From positions 21,328,001 through 21,392,000 of the forward strand of contig OZ365114.1 of assembly GCA_977030845.1 (NCBI GenBank): a stretch of 64,000 bases of DNA. Reading direction: 5' to 3'. The notes beneath the pieces were generated by a model. The model was not told the DNA's origin. It did not search any database and saw nothing but the letters and a program-made list of their open reading frames with translations. The position numbers and the translations under genes were made by a program. The stretch comes from Fimbriosthenelais zetlandica (Eukaryota). Positions 26,097-39,779 of this stretch are shown here, piece after piece (within the stretch, counting starts at the first letter, position 1; every line of letters begins with the position of its first letter).

Positions 26097-29000
26097 TATA
26101 GGCAGGCTCAGAGTATGGTGTTGGTCATGTAATGAAGAAACCGGATATGTGGCTAATTCAGAAAACAATAGAGAACTGAAGGTGAAGACGGCTAGAGCTT
26201 AGCGTGAGAGACCAGTGGAGGTCCCTGGGGTCATGAGAACAAAAAGAAAGCTCACAGCTTTTTCTGCCAGGAGCATGCAAACATTTAATTAGCCAATCGT
26301 CTTGTCGCAGGTCACACGCAGCCGAGAGGAAATGACGTCACGTTTCTCATCGTTACCTCACGCAGATTCTCGCGCCGACACCTCGTGGTGGTATTTCAAT
26401 GGGGAAACCATTAATATATGTAATGGATTTGGAACTTAAGAAATCTCCCCAATCGCCTACGCAGCTGATAAATTAAAATGCAATTTTCATTCATTCTAGC
26501 TACCCATAATGTCTTTCTAATTGAAATATTTAGCTTTCATTTGCACTACAAATGTTTTCTATCTCCTTTTCTGCCATTCCACGGTCCCAATCACCTCTTC
26601 CCGATCCTGCTCTTGCCTTCACACTGCTCTCATTCTTCCCTCAACTCTCCCTCTCCCCTTCACCTCCTCTCCCTCCACACATCAAATGCCACATGGCATA
26701 AAAGCTTGCCAGTCAAGCGGAATGATTGTCAATACCCGCCGCCGTCAATCGATAGGTTAGCCAAGCCTCGGGGTGAATCTTGGATCATATTATATGACAC
26801 CTAAACTGCTGCCTGGTCTGGGTGGTGGCGGGCACTGGGCCAATACCCCTCTAGGGGTTTCAGGTAGGAGACCCGGAGGCTCCGTTCTGTCACGCTTCAT
26901 CGGTCGGCGAGGCGTCTCTCTTTCATCAGAAAATGTTGGTGTTCTTCCTCACCACCTTATCACCAGCCTTTGACATTCTCGTGTTGAAATGTCAGATGTA
27001 TTACTTTTTTTTAAATAAATAGGTGGCATGATATTGGTTTGCACTTGTTTCCCAAATATATCCATCATCGTTGGATTCTGATACACATTAATTCCACTGA
27101 ATAATTGTGGCCAGTTTGTTGTAAATGATCACAGGATAGCATATTAAGTTAGGCCTACATCATAGATCTTTTACAGATATAAATATGGAATATCAAATTT
27201 GAAATACACAAGTTTCTCTGTTTTTATATGGATCCATCACCCTGTATGAACATAATGTCTCTTCAACCAATCCCAAGCACCCACCCACTCACTTCCTTCT
27301 CCATCCTTCTGCATTGCTATCCCCACCCCTGTGACTATGACATTTTCATATTTCTATGCCATCTTTCAAGTGCCTTCTTCAGTGAACACAACTTTCGCTT
27401 AGTTTTGTCTTCCTTTGAAGGTCCGCCCTGTTTATGCTCGGTAGCTTTCCTCGCCTTTTTACCCCACCATTTTTTCTATAGAAGAAAGAACTCTTGTCTG
27501 TAGGGCTGTGAATCTCTCGCCCGACCCTCATGTCATCTGTTTAGACCCCCAGTCTTGAGTTACCTCCAGGTCTTCAGCCCCCAATTTCCCCCTTGCACTA
27601 TTCGCCCCGATCCTCCCCCATTCTCTCCTCCACCAACTCTCTCGAGGGCAGATCTCGCTTTTTCCCGCGCGACTTGCTGACTCTCGTCTTTCCATTTCCG
27701 CTCTCCCACACTCCGGTATAGCGGACAGGAAACGTCTCCATTATCTCCCACCAAATTTGGACCGATACATCTCATCGTGGGAAACTCTGTGCAGCTAAAA
27801 GCTAAAAAGTTGATATTTCATAATAGATCTCAGGCTCTCTCTGTTATAAATTTATATGAAATCGGGGGAGAATTTAGGATGCAAAAACTAGCATGATTAT
27901 AATGCTCGTTAAAGATAACTGACACAATGTTAAGTGCAGCCAAACAAAAGAACAATAAGCATGCACTCCTGGACCAACGCAGACTCTTGATTCTAAAAGT
28001 ACCAGAAAGAATAGACTGCACCGACCCATGGAGGAAGATTTGTCAGATTTGCCCCGCAGCTTTTATTCTTACAACAAATCTCCATTTGGAGTTTTTGAGA
28101 TTGATGGTCTCTTGCGTTGTCTGCTATAATTTTTTTGCTGTAATAGTGGGCAGGGTGTCCTTTGTAGTTGTTTGAGCTAGTATATTATTACATGTCAATG
28201 GTGGGGGCAGATCCAGTTCATCATTTTGGATCCCGGGGTGTGTAGATGTATACAGGGGGTGTTAAACCTATAGAGTTGGGATCGAGCTATAGGGGATCAT
28301 GGTCAGCCGAGCATGCTTCCTGTTAAATCTTCACTATTGCCTTATCTCCTATACTCATCAAACCTCTGAACCAGCCTTGCTCCCCCAGCCCCTTCTCCTT
28401 TTACTCACAATTTCTGACGATGGAAAAGAGAATAATATGAACAGTTCAGAAATTGTGTGAAATAGAATTTATATCATTACAAATTATAATGATTTAATAA
28501 CATTGAAATATCAAAGTATCTCTCCCTAGGTCTGCCACAGGAAAATGACTAAATGGTATCAAATAACGTATAATTTGAATATCGTTACTTCATTTGTGAG
28601 CCTGCATTGGATATAAATTAAAACGTATATTGGGGACATTGCATCAAATTGGCAGAGGTGACTGACTGGAGCATGTGCGGGCCATTTGTTGAAACAATGA
28701 TCTACCACAGAATGTGCCATATGGGATCCATAAAGCATATATAGATACATTTAATAAAAGTGAGACAAAATTTAGACTGAAATGACAACATCTGAAGATA
28801 TCTGAGATTATTTTCGAGAAATTCCTTGCAGATTGAAGAGAACGTTGTGCAGGATTTATGTCATTTATAAATGTTATACATAACGGTGATAGTTATAGGC
28901 TATAACCATGTTGATGGTAAAGGATATAATGTTACAGATAGATTCATGCACCTGTTGTTGTCCAACAATAGAGAATAGCAGGGAGATGAAACATGATATC

Positions 29001-30703
29001 TTCTCATTTGGCCACATATTACTACGGAGACAATAACATATTGAAGGCTGACTTATCGGGGAAGTCTGCGGGTGGTGCCATATATATAAGCTTAGTTTCC
29101 ACAATATTCTCATTTGAGTTATAAAAATCATGTTTGAAGTTTCAAATCGATATAAACATGACAGTTTTCATTGAAATATGTTTCATATGATTCTTTGTCA
29201 TGTTTTGGGAGTAGCTATATGAAGAGAATAATAATCACTTAACCCTCATAAAACCTAGATAAATGGCCACATGAGGGGATCTTTGTATGCTCCATCAAGA
29301 TTTGCTCCTGCAAGCCATTAATTATTTTATTTGCTGTGGTAACGCTTTCCTCACGTCCCAATTGGCGCTGGCCATTTATTTTCTGCTCGTGTGCTTTAAA
29401 GCAGACGGCATTTAGCTTGATTACTCAGCTCGCGTCCCACCATTTTCAGTTGGTCTCTATAGGTCTGCACGTTTGGCTGACGATATAAATTACAGGCTGG
29501 CTGGAGCCATTTGATGCCAGGGCGGGGATCAGATGTCGCAGCCTTGTCTTTAATCTTACCTTTCTGCTCCATGGCCTCGTCTGATTGTCTCAACTCAATG
29601 CAGGTATGTCAGACGCCATGGCCCACTCAGCGCCGCACCTTCCTGCCGCCTCAGGGCACAATTTAACATCGCCCAATATGCACACCCTTGTTTTAAGCCA
29701 GACACTTTCCTACAGTTCTTTTTCGTATTATTTATAAACTCTACGAATCCATGCACATTGGACCATAGCCAACTTATTATTCCCAAAGTACGATTCCTGA
29801 TATTTCAATATACCTCTATCTTCCCAACAGTTTCCTCATGAAACACCTCATGAAGATTATCATATCATGGCAATATTCATTGATGTCTATTATCTGGTAG
29901 AGGTTTTGTGGTTAATTGTTAGGCTTAAATATACTTTATCAAATATTATCTTGATGTATTCAAGATGAATTATACCTCGACAGAAGTAGCTAATGCACGA
30001 GGTGGTAGAACTTGATATCTTTTGATTTATCTATTTTTTCCTTGGAGATGTTCATCCGAGGTCTAGCATAATCAAATTACCTTCTCAGCTCTTTTCTACT
30101 TGACATATGATCTAAGTCATTCTGCCTCCACTGGCTCCTTTATTGATGAAGCTTGCAAAAAGAAGACAGTTATGACGGAAGTGAGCACTCGATCAATATG
30201 ACTCGTTGTCGCAAAAGGACTTTAATAAAACACCGAGGAAGCAAAATTTGAATCGAAATAGACAGACGACCAAAGAGATCAATCAGAACATATATGAAAT
30301 GAATAGGGGCCGCCCAGAAGAGAGAACTAAAAGGCGAAGATGAAAAGAGTCGCTAAAAAGAATAAGTTTCCAAATAGAATGTCGCAAATGTATGATTTCA
30401 ACCTTTAATATGGAAACCCACATAGGGTCGTTAGAGCTTCAAAGCGAAGTTAAAAAGGTTTGTTGAAGTGTCTTCATGTAATTTACTTACATTATCGTTG
30501 TATAGAAGGGGGTTGGTTACTGCGGTGTTTTTATTACCTTCTCTTTAATGTGAAACGTTTAGTTTAGAGAGTTTTCTTGGTAATTTCTAGTGGTCGTGGT
30601 GTACACTTACTGTATTGTTTTTCTTCTCTTCGTTTGATTGTTTCAGATTGCCCTGGGCAATCAGTAACAAAATACAGCAAGAATACCACCGCAAACCACT
30701 CTT

Positions 30704-30734
30704 GGCGCCCGGGTATGTGCCTATACCGGGCGCC
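30704..30734. repeat. GC-rich hairpin (12-bp stem with one bulge, 6-nt loop)
   Basis: ggcgcccgg(g)tat - gtgcct - ataccgggcgcc. Confidence 0.8.
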
Positions 30735-33700
30735 GACACCATGACTGGGTGGTCTAGATGATATATTACGATTGTCGCGCAATCCATCTCACAGACGACA
30801 CTTCGACACGAGTACCATTTGGTTCGAAAGTGTGGACAGGTGCACAACCACTGATTGCCCTTCTCCAGCATGTCGCGCAATCGTACCAAGTCTTTTTTCG
30901 TATGGCTTCCGGTTAGCAGATCGTAAGATGTATAGGAGATCCCGACTGGTCAGATGCCCCCTGGTTCAGGTGGCAGAGCACAGATTCTTTTGTGTGGATT
31001 TATTTACCAGGAGTCACAGAAAAGGGGGCACGATAATGAGAAACATTGACCAGCCCAGAGTGACGGGACGTTTGACCCATAATTTTGCACTTTAATATCC
31101 AGAAGGGAAATAAAGTGATGTGTGTCATGAGAATAATGCATCGAGAGGAGAGTAGAAGTATGGAAATAAATCTCAGGTATGCCTGATGACCACATGGTGA
31201 ATGGGTATGCACGACAAGGACAAATATATCGCAGTAATGTGGTTGATTCTTGTTTAAATTTATGGTATTTGAGTGATAAAACATAACTTGGAAAGATGTA
31301 TGGGATGGAGATATAGATCAACTTTTGAGTGATGCAAACATAAAAGTATGGGAGATAAAGAAAGTTTGCATGTCCACGAGCCTCTGAAGTAGATACACTT
31401 CTTTGAGCTGTACTACAACTTGGATGGAATGCGAACCATTTGCCAGCAATTCAATGAACACATTACATCACTAATCATATGAATGATCCCTAAACTAGAC
31501 GCTCCTGCCCCGAGATGGCATTCTCTAAAGGAAGGTCGTCTGCTCGTGTATGACGTCATCATAAATGACTCTAGCCGTGGATCATGACACGTGACCTCGC
31601 GTTTCAATGACTAACTTTCCTTTAGTCAGATCACGGAGAGAATCCATCTGAAATATGCTGGTCAGACTTTAGCAATTTTTCCCGTGAATGTTTCTTTTCA
31701 CATTGGGTATGAATACTCGTCATTTCAACCAACAAATGAGTGCAAGTCAACGACAGCGGGGAAAGGTGGAGGTGAGTGCACACCTGACCCGAGAAGGGAC
31801 TTTGCTTAAAAAAGTCTCTTAAATGGGAGTTGATTGCTGAATGAATGGTGGGCATAGTAAGAGGAGGCCGAGCTAGGAGAGACCTGTAACTTAATCCTGG
31901 ATGAAACATGTTAGATTTGCTGTAAATACTTCAGCCTAGTCAAGTAGCTGACTTTTGACTCCACACTTGTGGGGCCAGGCAAGTGATGTTTTGTTAAGTG
32001 TTGCTATAGCTGGTGTAGGCTTCATTCTGATAGCTTTATCACAGTCCTTCACCTTTCAGAGGAAAGCTAAAGTTTTCTGTCCATTTGTATTGTCTGCTGA
32101 TGGGTCATAATGGTTCTCCGACTTCAGACAAAGCCATGAGTCGCCTCTTGCCCCTCCTCCAAGTCATAAAGTAGCCCTCGGACTTGCCTACTGTCCTCCC
32201 CGCCTCCTCCATGACAGAAAAGTCATTTGGTAAGTTTGTCATGGCGTGACGATGCCCCGCTGTCCGGGGCGGGCGAGGTGTCGTCTGGACATGATAGATG
32301 CTCTACAAAAAGCCCATCGTGGCCTTCATTCACACTCTGATGCGGTGTCCATCTTGGGTCCTAACGCTGCCATCTTGTTTGGGCCATCTCTAGGAGTGGC
32401 TGAAAAGATAGATGATTGCTGGGAGGAATTAAAGTCTCGCCAGGGCGATTCGTCCAACCCAATCGCCCCAATTAAAGTCAGGAGGCTGACAACTTACAGT
32501 GACTTCCGCTCAATGCCCCTCCACCGTACCTCATCAGGGACGCCCCATCCACGCTCCATAAACAAGGGCATTTGTAAAGGGCTTTTCTCCTGGGTCGGTC
32601 CGGAAGACTTCTTGTGGCCAGCTGGCCATGCTGATCACATCCAGCAAGTTTACGACCAACAATCAACAGCATAGACTCCTGCGTCCCCCCAGGAGGACAG
32701 GATTCCCTACCAACCAATCTACGGCATCCTTTTCAGTCTCTGGAGGAGGCCTTTTGCTGGCGCTCATGAACCTTCAGTGTGTGGCACTAATAAAAGTGAC
32801 AGGAGACACTGGAGGTGACCCAGTGATTAGTCCAGGAGAACTGCACTCATGGCAGGTATACTAATGAGACTAACCAGTTTATGACCACTATTGAAATTTC
32901 TTAAATATTCCTAGTCTTACAATACAGAGGCAATTCCCAAAAGCAATATATTTAGCTGCAGAATATCTGAGATTTATTTGAAATCTTCCCGTGGTATTCA
33001 AGAACTAATTTAAAAAAAGCTGAAATGAACAACTAAAAGATGGAGGGCAGGAATAAAATTTAAAAAATTCAAAGGCCAACAGGACATGGACTTATATCAT
33101 TCAAGGCACCAAGAAATGCATGAGGCGGGGAATGGGGTAATCGAGATTAAACTCTCTTTTTCCCGACGAAATGATCACAAGTCCATTTGTCACATTACCG
33201 TCCTTTATCAAAATCATTTCAAATCCATTTGAAATTTCACAAAGATGTCCTTCTGTCCACCTAATCCAATTAATGCCTGCTCTTTGCACCAATACAAGAA
33301 TCCTTCTCAGACTCTCATGGATGATGAACTTTCGGTCCATAGGGGAACATGATCGTTCCATAGAAAAGCGTTAAATTAGCGAAGAATGAAAGGAGAGGAG
33401 AAGCCATTGTCAAGGTTGAGGAGTTCCTTTAAGGCTTTCACATACCGCACCAACATCAAGGGAGATCCTGCCAAGCAGATAACCACCAGATGAACTATTT
33501 TAATTATAGTTTTGATGCTCACTTGCCAGGCTATTGTTTTTAACCTCTCAAATCCCACCGCCATACGCCAGCTGAAACCCTGAAATGTCACCAAGGTCAC
33601 ACTCCTTGACGTTCAAAACTCTTTGTTCTTATTTTAATTGCGTTAAATGAGATGATTTCATTAGTTTCAATGTGGTTTGCGTCTTACCTTAATTAGGCTC

Positions 33701-36700
33701 ATTGCAGTGATTATCATACTAGCATGGTATATCACCCCCGCGGGCCCTTTATTAGAACTTTAGAGATCATGCAACACTAGCAAGCGCCAAATGTATGTCA
33801 TTATAAAGTGTAATTGCCTTTGAAGATTGGAATTTAAACTGAGATTAGCATTTTACCAGTCAATGCTACTTATTGCTACAGACGTTCCAAACTCAATAAG
33901 ACAAAATTATTAATAACGATGTAATGTGTGCCTGCCTTAAAGACTAGGGCTGAATTTCCGCGTAAAAGTGAGTGTCAGTAACTGTCTTCTATCATAGCTA
34001 TCATAGTGTCTTTTACAGGGAGTTTGGTCAGAAAAAAATACCTCTATATCTGGTATTTCACTGTTCTTATTTTTGGCTTGATAATGTGCCATTCCCTCCA
34101 TAAAAATCCGAAAGCCATAAGCAACCACTTATATGTTCTGAGTACCAAACCTCAGGTCAGGCATCCATTGTTCTTGGCCTTTAAACGAGTTCCCAATTAA
34201 ATAATCTCAGTGTAATACCCAAACCTCACCCCCTGTCCTCATTAAAATGTAACTAATATAATCACTTCATTCGTTAGGAGAGCATGCCAGTACATTGATG
34301 GGTAACTTTATGGTATGTGATCTAAAGTATGTACCCACCTGTCTCTACGGTACCTGACTACCACGAGAGCATGTGTACATACACCTGTAATCAGTGGCCA
34401 GGGCGACCGCCTCACCTGCCGCTACCAACGATACCATCTTACCACCTGATTGACCTCAGGTCGCCCAGCCTGTCATTGAAAAGGTCTTTATTGTTTCAAA
34501 ATTTAACCGTCATTGTTCGTTGCTTGGGTATGATACAAAGAAGAAATTTGAGGTTTGAAAGTACAGAATTGTTTTATCAACTCTTTTGTTGTTAACCTCT
34601 CTTGTGGAGCTTGTCATTTGCAGTTTGTTTTGTGCTTGTGGCTCATTGATGTAAGCAGGGACTATTTAGTTAAATATGTTTAAGTAATGGGCACATGTAT
34701 CTTTAATATGAGCTGTTGTTGCAACATTTTGTGACAGTATAATTAAATGTGTTGGCCTACATAAAACAAAAAAAAATGATGAGAAAGGGGACTCATTCAG
34801 AGACAACCACATTGATAAATTTAGGACAAATTGTGATTATAAGAAAGTCGGACACTGAAACTGGTCCAACTTATTTCTGAAATTTTCTTTTCAAGAATGC
34901 CAGTAACCGGCATTCTCTTTGTATATGGCCTAGGCTCTAGCTTGGAGAGCTAAGCTTGATCTAGGCTTAAGGCATCCTCCAGCTCCTCCAGCTCGTGTGT
35001 ATAGGTCAGCATGAGTAATGACCAGTCTCTGTCCATGTCCAGCTTGAGAAGCCAGGCCGGAGATCCCTGATCCCAACCTGCCTCAATGGGACGAGATGGC
35101 CAAGCGTTGTCATGGTGACACGTCACCATGTCCGCCATGATGGATGACGCCAAATCTCGCGGGGTACGTGACCTTGGCGCGTGAACTGGCCAAAGTGGTG
35201 GCGATAAGGAAGTGTTGATGGCGGATGTCAAGCCTCCTCCAGGCTCCGCAAGGGGGCTTCTCTATGGGGCCAACACAGCTTTATCGGCCAGCTTTAAAGC
35301 CACGCATGGCTGCCTCCCCTCCATGTGGGCGATATTTAGTGCCACAGAGCTCTTCCTACATCTCATGTCATTCCTTTTAACATCTTCCTAGCACCCTTCC
35401 CCTCATGTATAAAGCCGTACTCTTCCCCTTATTTATACGGTGGCCATCTGGACACACGTACGTGTATACGTCACGCAGTGCATCTCCCCTTCCGGTTCTT
35501 ATTGGATGCATCATCTGTAAATTTCGACAAAACATAATCCCGAGTCTGACCAAGTTTTGTCTTGGTCCTATCAATTCAGTGCCCACTGCTTGTTATGCCC
35601 CCACCAACCACCACCACGGCCTTCCCGAAAACCAACTTTAGATACGAGATCTTTATCCTTTTAGCATTATCCATTCGCTTTATCACATCATTAAGATGCA
35701 CTTTTGTTAGTAATCCAGCTGATTCAGCTCACATGAAATATTGCTTCAGTGCCCTTTGGTCTGACCTGACCCACTGTCATGTGGCAGGACAACCCCTCTG
35801 TCAAGTGCCCGCAGGCTCTGCGGCTGGGGCCCTCAAATCTTACTCATTAGGGCTTCATTTCTTTTCATTAGCATCCTTTGTCTCACTAACTTATATGAGT
35901 TATTTGTATACCTGTTGTATTGCCTTTTATGTGCCTCTTATGTTAGTCTACTTATGTTGGGATGGTATTCTTTTTTGGGTTCCATTGCCGACTATTGAGT
36001 GGTTGATATGGCCCTTCTGAAGGTGCCATTAAACATCAGTAAACTGTGTTACGTGGTCCAAACTGGGAAATGTGGCAGGGTTAAGCTCCTCTCCAGGGCT
36101 TTTCCCACAATCGGTCAACACAGCTTGTACACAGATTATCTCAGAGGGTGGGATTATGGACGCTTAGAGGGGACAGATTAGCAGTGGACTGCTGCTAATC
36201 CCAGGGGCCTGAGTGTGCATACTAAAGTAGGGGTGTCAATAGAATGTGGAGAGAGACTTAGGAGAAGGTCACACCCTCACGTTCTGAGGTGTAGAGGCAC
36301 AGAAGTATATCTATACAATACCTGAATAAATGCCTCAATGTAGGTGTGAGCAGACTAGACCTGATCTATCTAGAAAAATAACAGCAAAAAAGAAACCTTT
36401 AAAGGACATGACTCCATAAACAGTCATACTGACATCCTGTGATTTAGGATCAAGGTACTTTGTGTACTAGTATTCGAGAATACAGCCGTACCTAGTCACT
36501 CACCTATGACATGGATAGACCTCTGGATATTGGCCATGAGTAGGAAATACACCCACTTCTGCTCACTCTACTTCTCACCCTACAATTTGTTCAAACTGTT
36601 CTATATTGAATAGAGTCTTCCAGGAGTCTATAGAATATCAACTGAGGGTGGCAGTGGTCTATTGTGGTGGACAATAAGTCAGTGCCTGTTCCACTTTCAT

Positions 36701-39135
36701 GCTTCCTGGTTTCTTTATGGAGATACTGTGTTCCAGGCATGGCCAGTCAGCCTCAGGAAAAACAGACACACTTTGACTTTCTCACGTTGACAGGTTGAGA
36801 GTAGATCGGTCAGTGAAAACAAGCATGTGGTCGTGAACTTTGACCTGTCCAGAGTACTTCACCCTGCATGGGATCTGTATTATATACAGTCTTTTTTATA
36901 CAAAATATTGGACTATGAAAGTGCAATTTATTGCACATATATTGCCTTTATATGGCTAAATATATGACTTTATATGACTTATTGCATCGTACATCTCCAC
37001 CAAGCCATCCCAACCACTCCCTGCAGTTATGAGTAACTTATTGAGGGGCAGCAAGCAACTCATCTTTCTAAATTACTCCCTAGTTAAACACACCACATTG
37101 GTGATCCATTTCATAACTGCAATTGATTAAGGAACAATTTCATCTGGAGGAAATAGAATAAGTGCATGGCCCATTGCTCCTCCCTCCAGTGAAGTGTAAT
37201 CCTCTCCAGTTAGGACCTGGAGGAGAGGGAGGGTGTTCCCTGCGTCTTCCTCTGAGTGGCCTAACCCTGCCAGCCAAGGGTCAAGGCATACCTTTATGGC
37301 AATCATCCAAATAAATAGCCCAAAACGTTGCCTCGTGGAATAAATTCAATTTATTGGATCGGAGCAAATAATTAATATAAAAGATAACTCGACCCTTGGA
37401 GGACAGGAAAGTAGCCTGGGAGGGGTCTAATTGAGTGGGTGTAGTAAGATTTATGCCTCGGGGTGGCGGATGAGGTGGCCCCTATGTGGGGCTGTAATAT
37501 TCATTAGGCCAGATGGTTCAGGAGAAGGACTGCTCCCTGTAATCTGTCTCCCTGACGGCAGGCCAAGTGGAGAGATGATCATATTGCAAGCTCCAATATG
37601 GGATCATGGCTAAAGTTTATAGCCAGTTTCACTACACTACGTTTGGTCCTATACCCCTAATCCATTCATGCTTACGTCAGTGGTTATTTTGCGTTTAGAA
37701 CTTTGGCGAGTTTGATTCCATACAGCCAAAAATTGTGCTATGCCAGGGTATATGAAATGCTCTACTAAAAGTTGAAATGCACTAAAACATTTGCTTTAAT
37801 TGGAGCAATTGAGGGGAAATTAGTATAATTAATGTTGAAGGTTGACTTTTCTGATAGACAAAAAAACAATAATTATTGACACGCATCCATGCAGTCAAGT
37901 GGAATCATCAAAGTATCTAAGTATCTCTTCATTCTGGTTATCAAATTGTCAAGTTGAGCCCATGGCCGACTAATCCTTAGAGAAACAGTAAGCGGACATC
38001 ATCGCCGTTCCTCTCCTCCGATCTCATTTCATTTGCATTCTAATTGGTCAGTACCGATCACAAATTCATCAAGGGGGCATTTTTTCACACCTCATTAAAT
38101 TCCATCAGAGAAATTAATGTTTCATTGATCAGTGCTTCAGAGGCGAGACAAGGAAAGGGGAGGTTGACTCGCTGGTCGCTAGGCCGTATCTAACGCTTGA
38201 TCCCCGAAAGCTGCTGCTGATCTCTATTGTATGAGGCTATAGGACGTCACCTCAAATTATCTCACTTAAAGGAATCAATTCTTAACGCACCAGATCCATC
38301 CAGACCGTAACAAAAATTAATCCCATGCCTCTTTATTATAGCGAAGCAAATTTGTTTTGACATTGATTATGTCAATGGAAATAAGGCATTGAGATTTGAA
38401 GTAGCTATTAAGAGATATAATGAGTGCAGTGAATGGGATGGTGGGATCCATACAGGGAACTTTCTAATAATTGCTCTCAGGGTGAAGTGAAAATCTAGGC
38501 TGGGAAAGATCATGCTTCCTATAGTAAACTGAAATGTAATTGTCCCGGTCAAAGTTTCACCATGAACAGTGGTCACTTGTCTTATACTACTCTCAACTAG
38601 GTCATAGTTGGTAGTGTATTATTTTATTAGTTACAGGGCTCATATAAGCGTTATATTTTGCCGTGGAGTCATACAGTTGTTCTGAGTACAGGTTCTGATA
38701 GTGTGAGTTTGTCCTGACCCACCCATGACCTCATACTACAGATAGCGCCTGATGGCATCATCCCGCCGACCCGTCCTGGCGTAATGATATCACCATCATG
38801 CCGCTTCACAGCACCTAGAGACCAAATCACGTCATAAGGGGATGATCCTCCACCTCATGAAATATAACCCTGGTGTAAGAGCAACGACAGAGGGTCGGAG
38901 AGCACGGGGACAGCAGAGAAGGGAGACAGCGGCATGTTTTAGCCATTCCTTCTGTAAAATAAAGTTGACTATAGATCTAAACCTGACATGAAACACTGCT
39001 TGTAAACTTGCTGGTTACTGCCTCGTCATATATACGTGGCCTATAAGTAGTTAGTAAATGAAAACTTGGAGAAAGGAAGAGATGAACGGATGTAGGCCAG
39101 CATGAGAAAAGGAGCACAGGAAGAGCAGGAGATGG

Positions 39136-39187
39136 GAGCAGAAGTAGGGGTGAGCAGTAGTAGGGGTGAGCAGTAGTAGAGGGAGCA
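39136..39187 (+). repeat. 16-bp minisatellite, about 3 copies
   Basis: gagcagaagtaggggt / gagcagtagtaggggt / gagcagtagtagaggg / agca. Confidence 0.88.
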
Positions 39188-39779
39188 TGGAGGTTTGTAG
39201 AGTATTGAGGGTGAATGGCATGGCTCACTCAGCGCCCCGATCCCACCCCCGGGGACCTGTAATCGCCACCCGCCAGTCACCGGTCGCAAATTCCACGCCA
39301 AATTGGGCTCTTTGACGTCGCCTAGAAGCCCTCCAGCTTGCAACGTCGAGATAAAATTGAAATTTAGCGCCAGTAAAGCGCGCTGCTGAATACAGGCGGA
39401 GGGATATGGGGTGTGGCGAGCGCAGCACGGGTGTATTACGCCGCGGGTACGGTGGCCCAGAACACAAATGAATTTATCGTCGATGATAAATCCATCGTCC
39501 TGTCGTCCTTAAAGGGAGCGGTCGCGTCTTAGGAGATTTGCGGCGGTGGGTGCGTGCTAGCTGGTGCAGGACTGATACGAGGACAGGGGCAACGCTTGCC
39601 CAGATAGACTCCCTCTCTCCCCCACCCCAAAGCACTCCTTTTATGTCATCAAAAAGACCTGAAATGGCCCCTGACGACTCTCCATGTACAGGAGTAAAGG
39701 CTCCATGGTCACAGGACCATAAGAGATCAGCAGCTGGTTTCCTGCAGCCCGCCTCTATCTATTCACAGTGAGACTAACT

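Noticed and set aside
27560-27775. Minus-strand ORF ending at a good donor (AG|GTAACT)
   Set aside because: The open frame is explained by a pyrimidine-rich plus strand; no family was recognised and no clear acceptor was found.
35420-35475. Minus-strand YTYVCPDGHRI resembling EGF/Sushi
   Set aside because: Other required cysteines are absent.
37520-37610. PVICLPD resembling the trypsin-family PICLP motif
   Set aside because: No DIAL upstream, no GWG downstream and no splice context.
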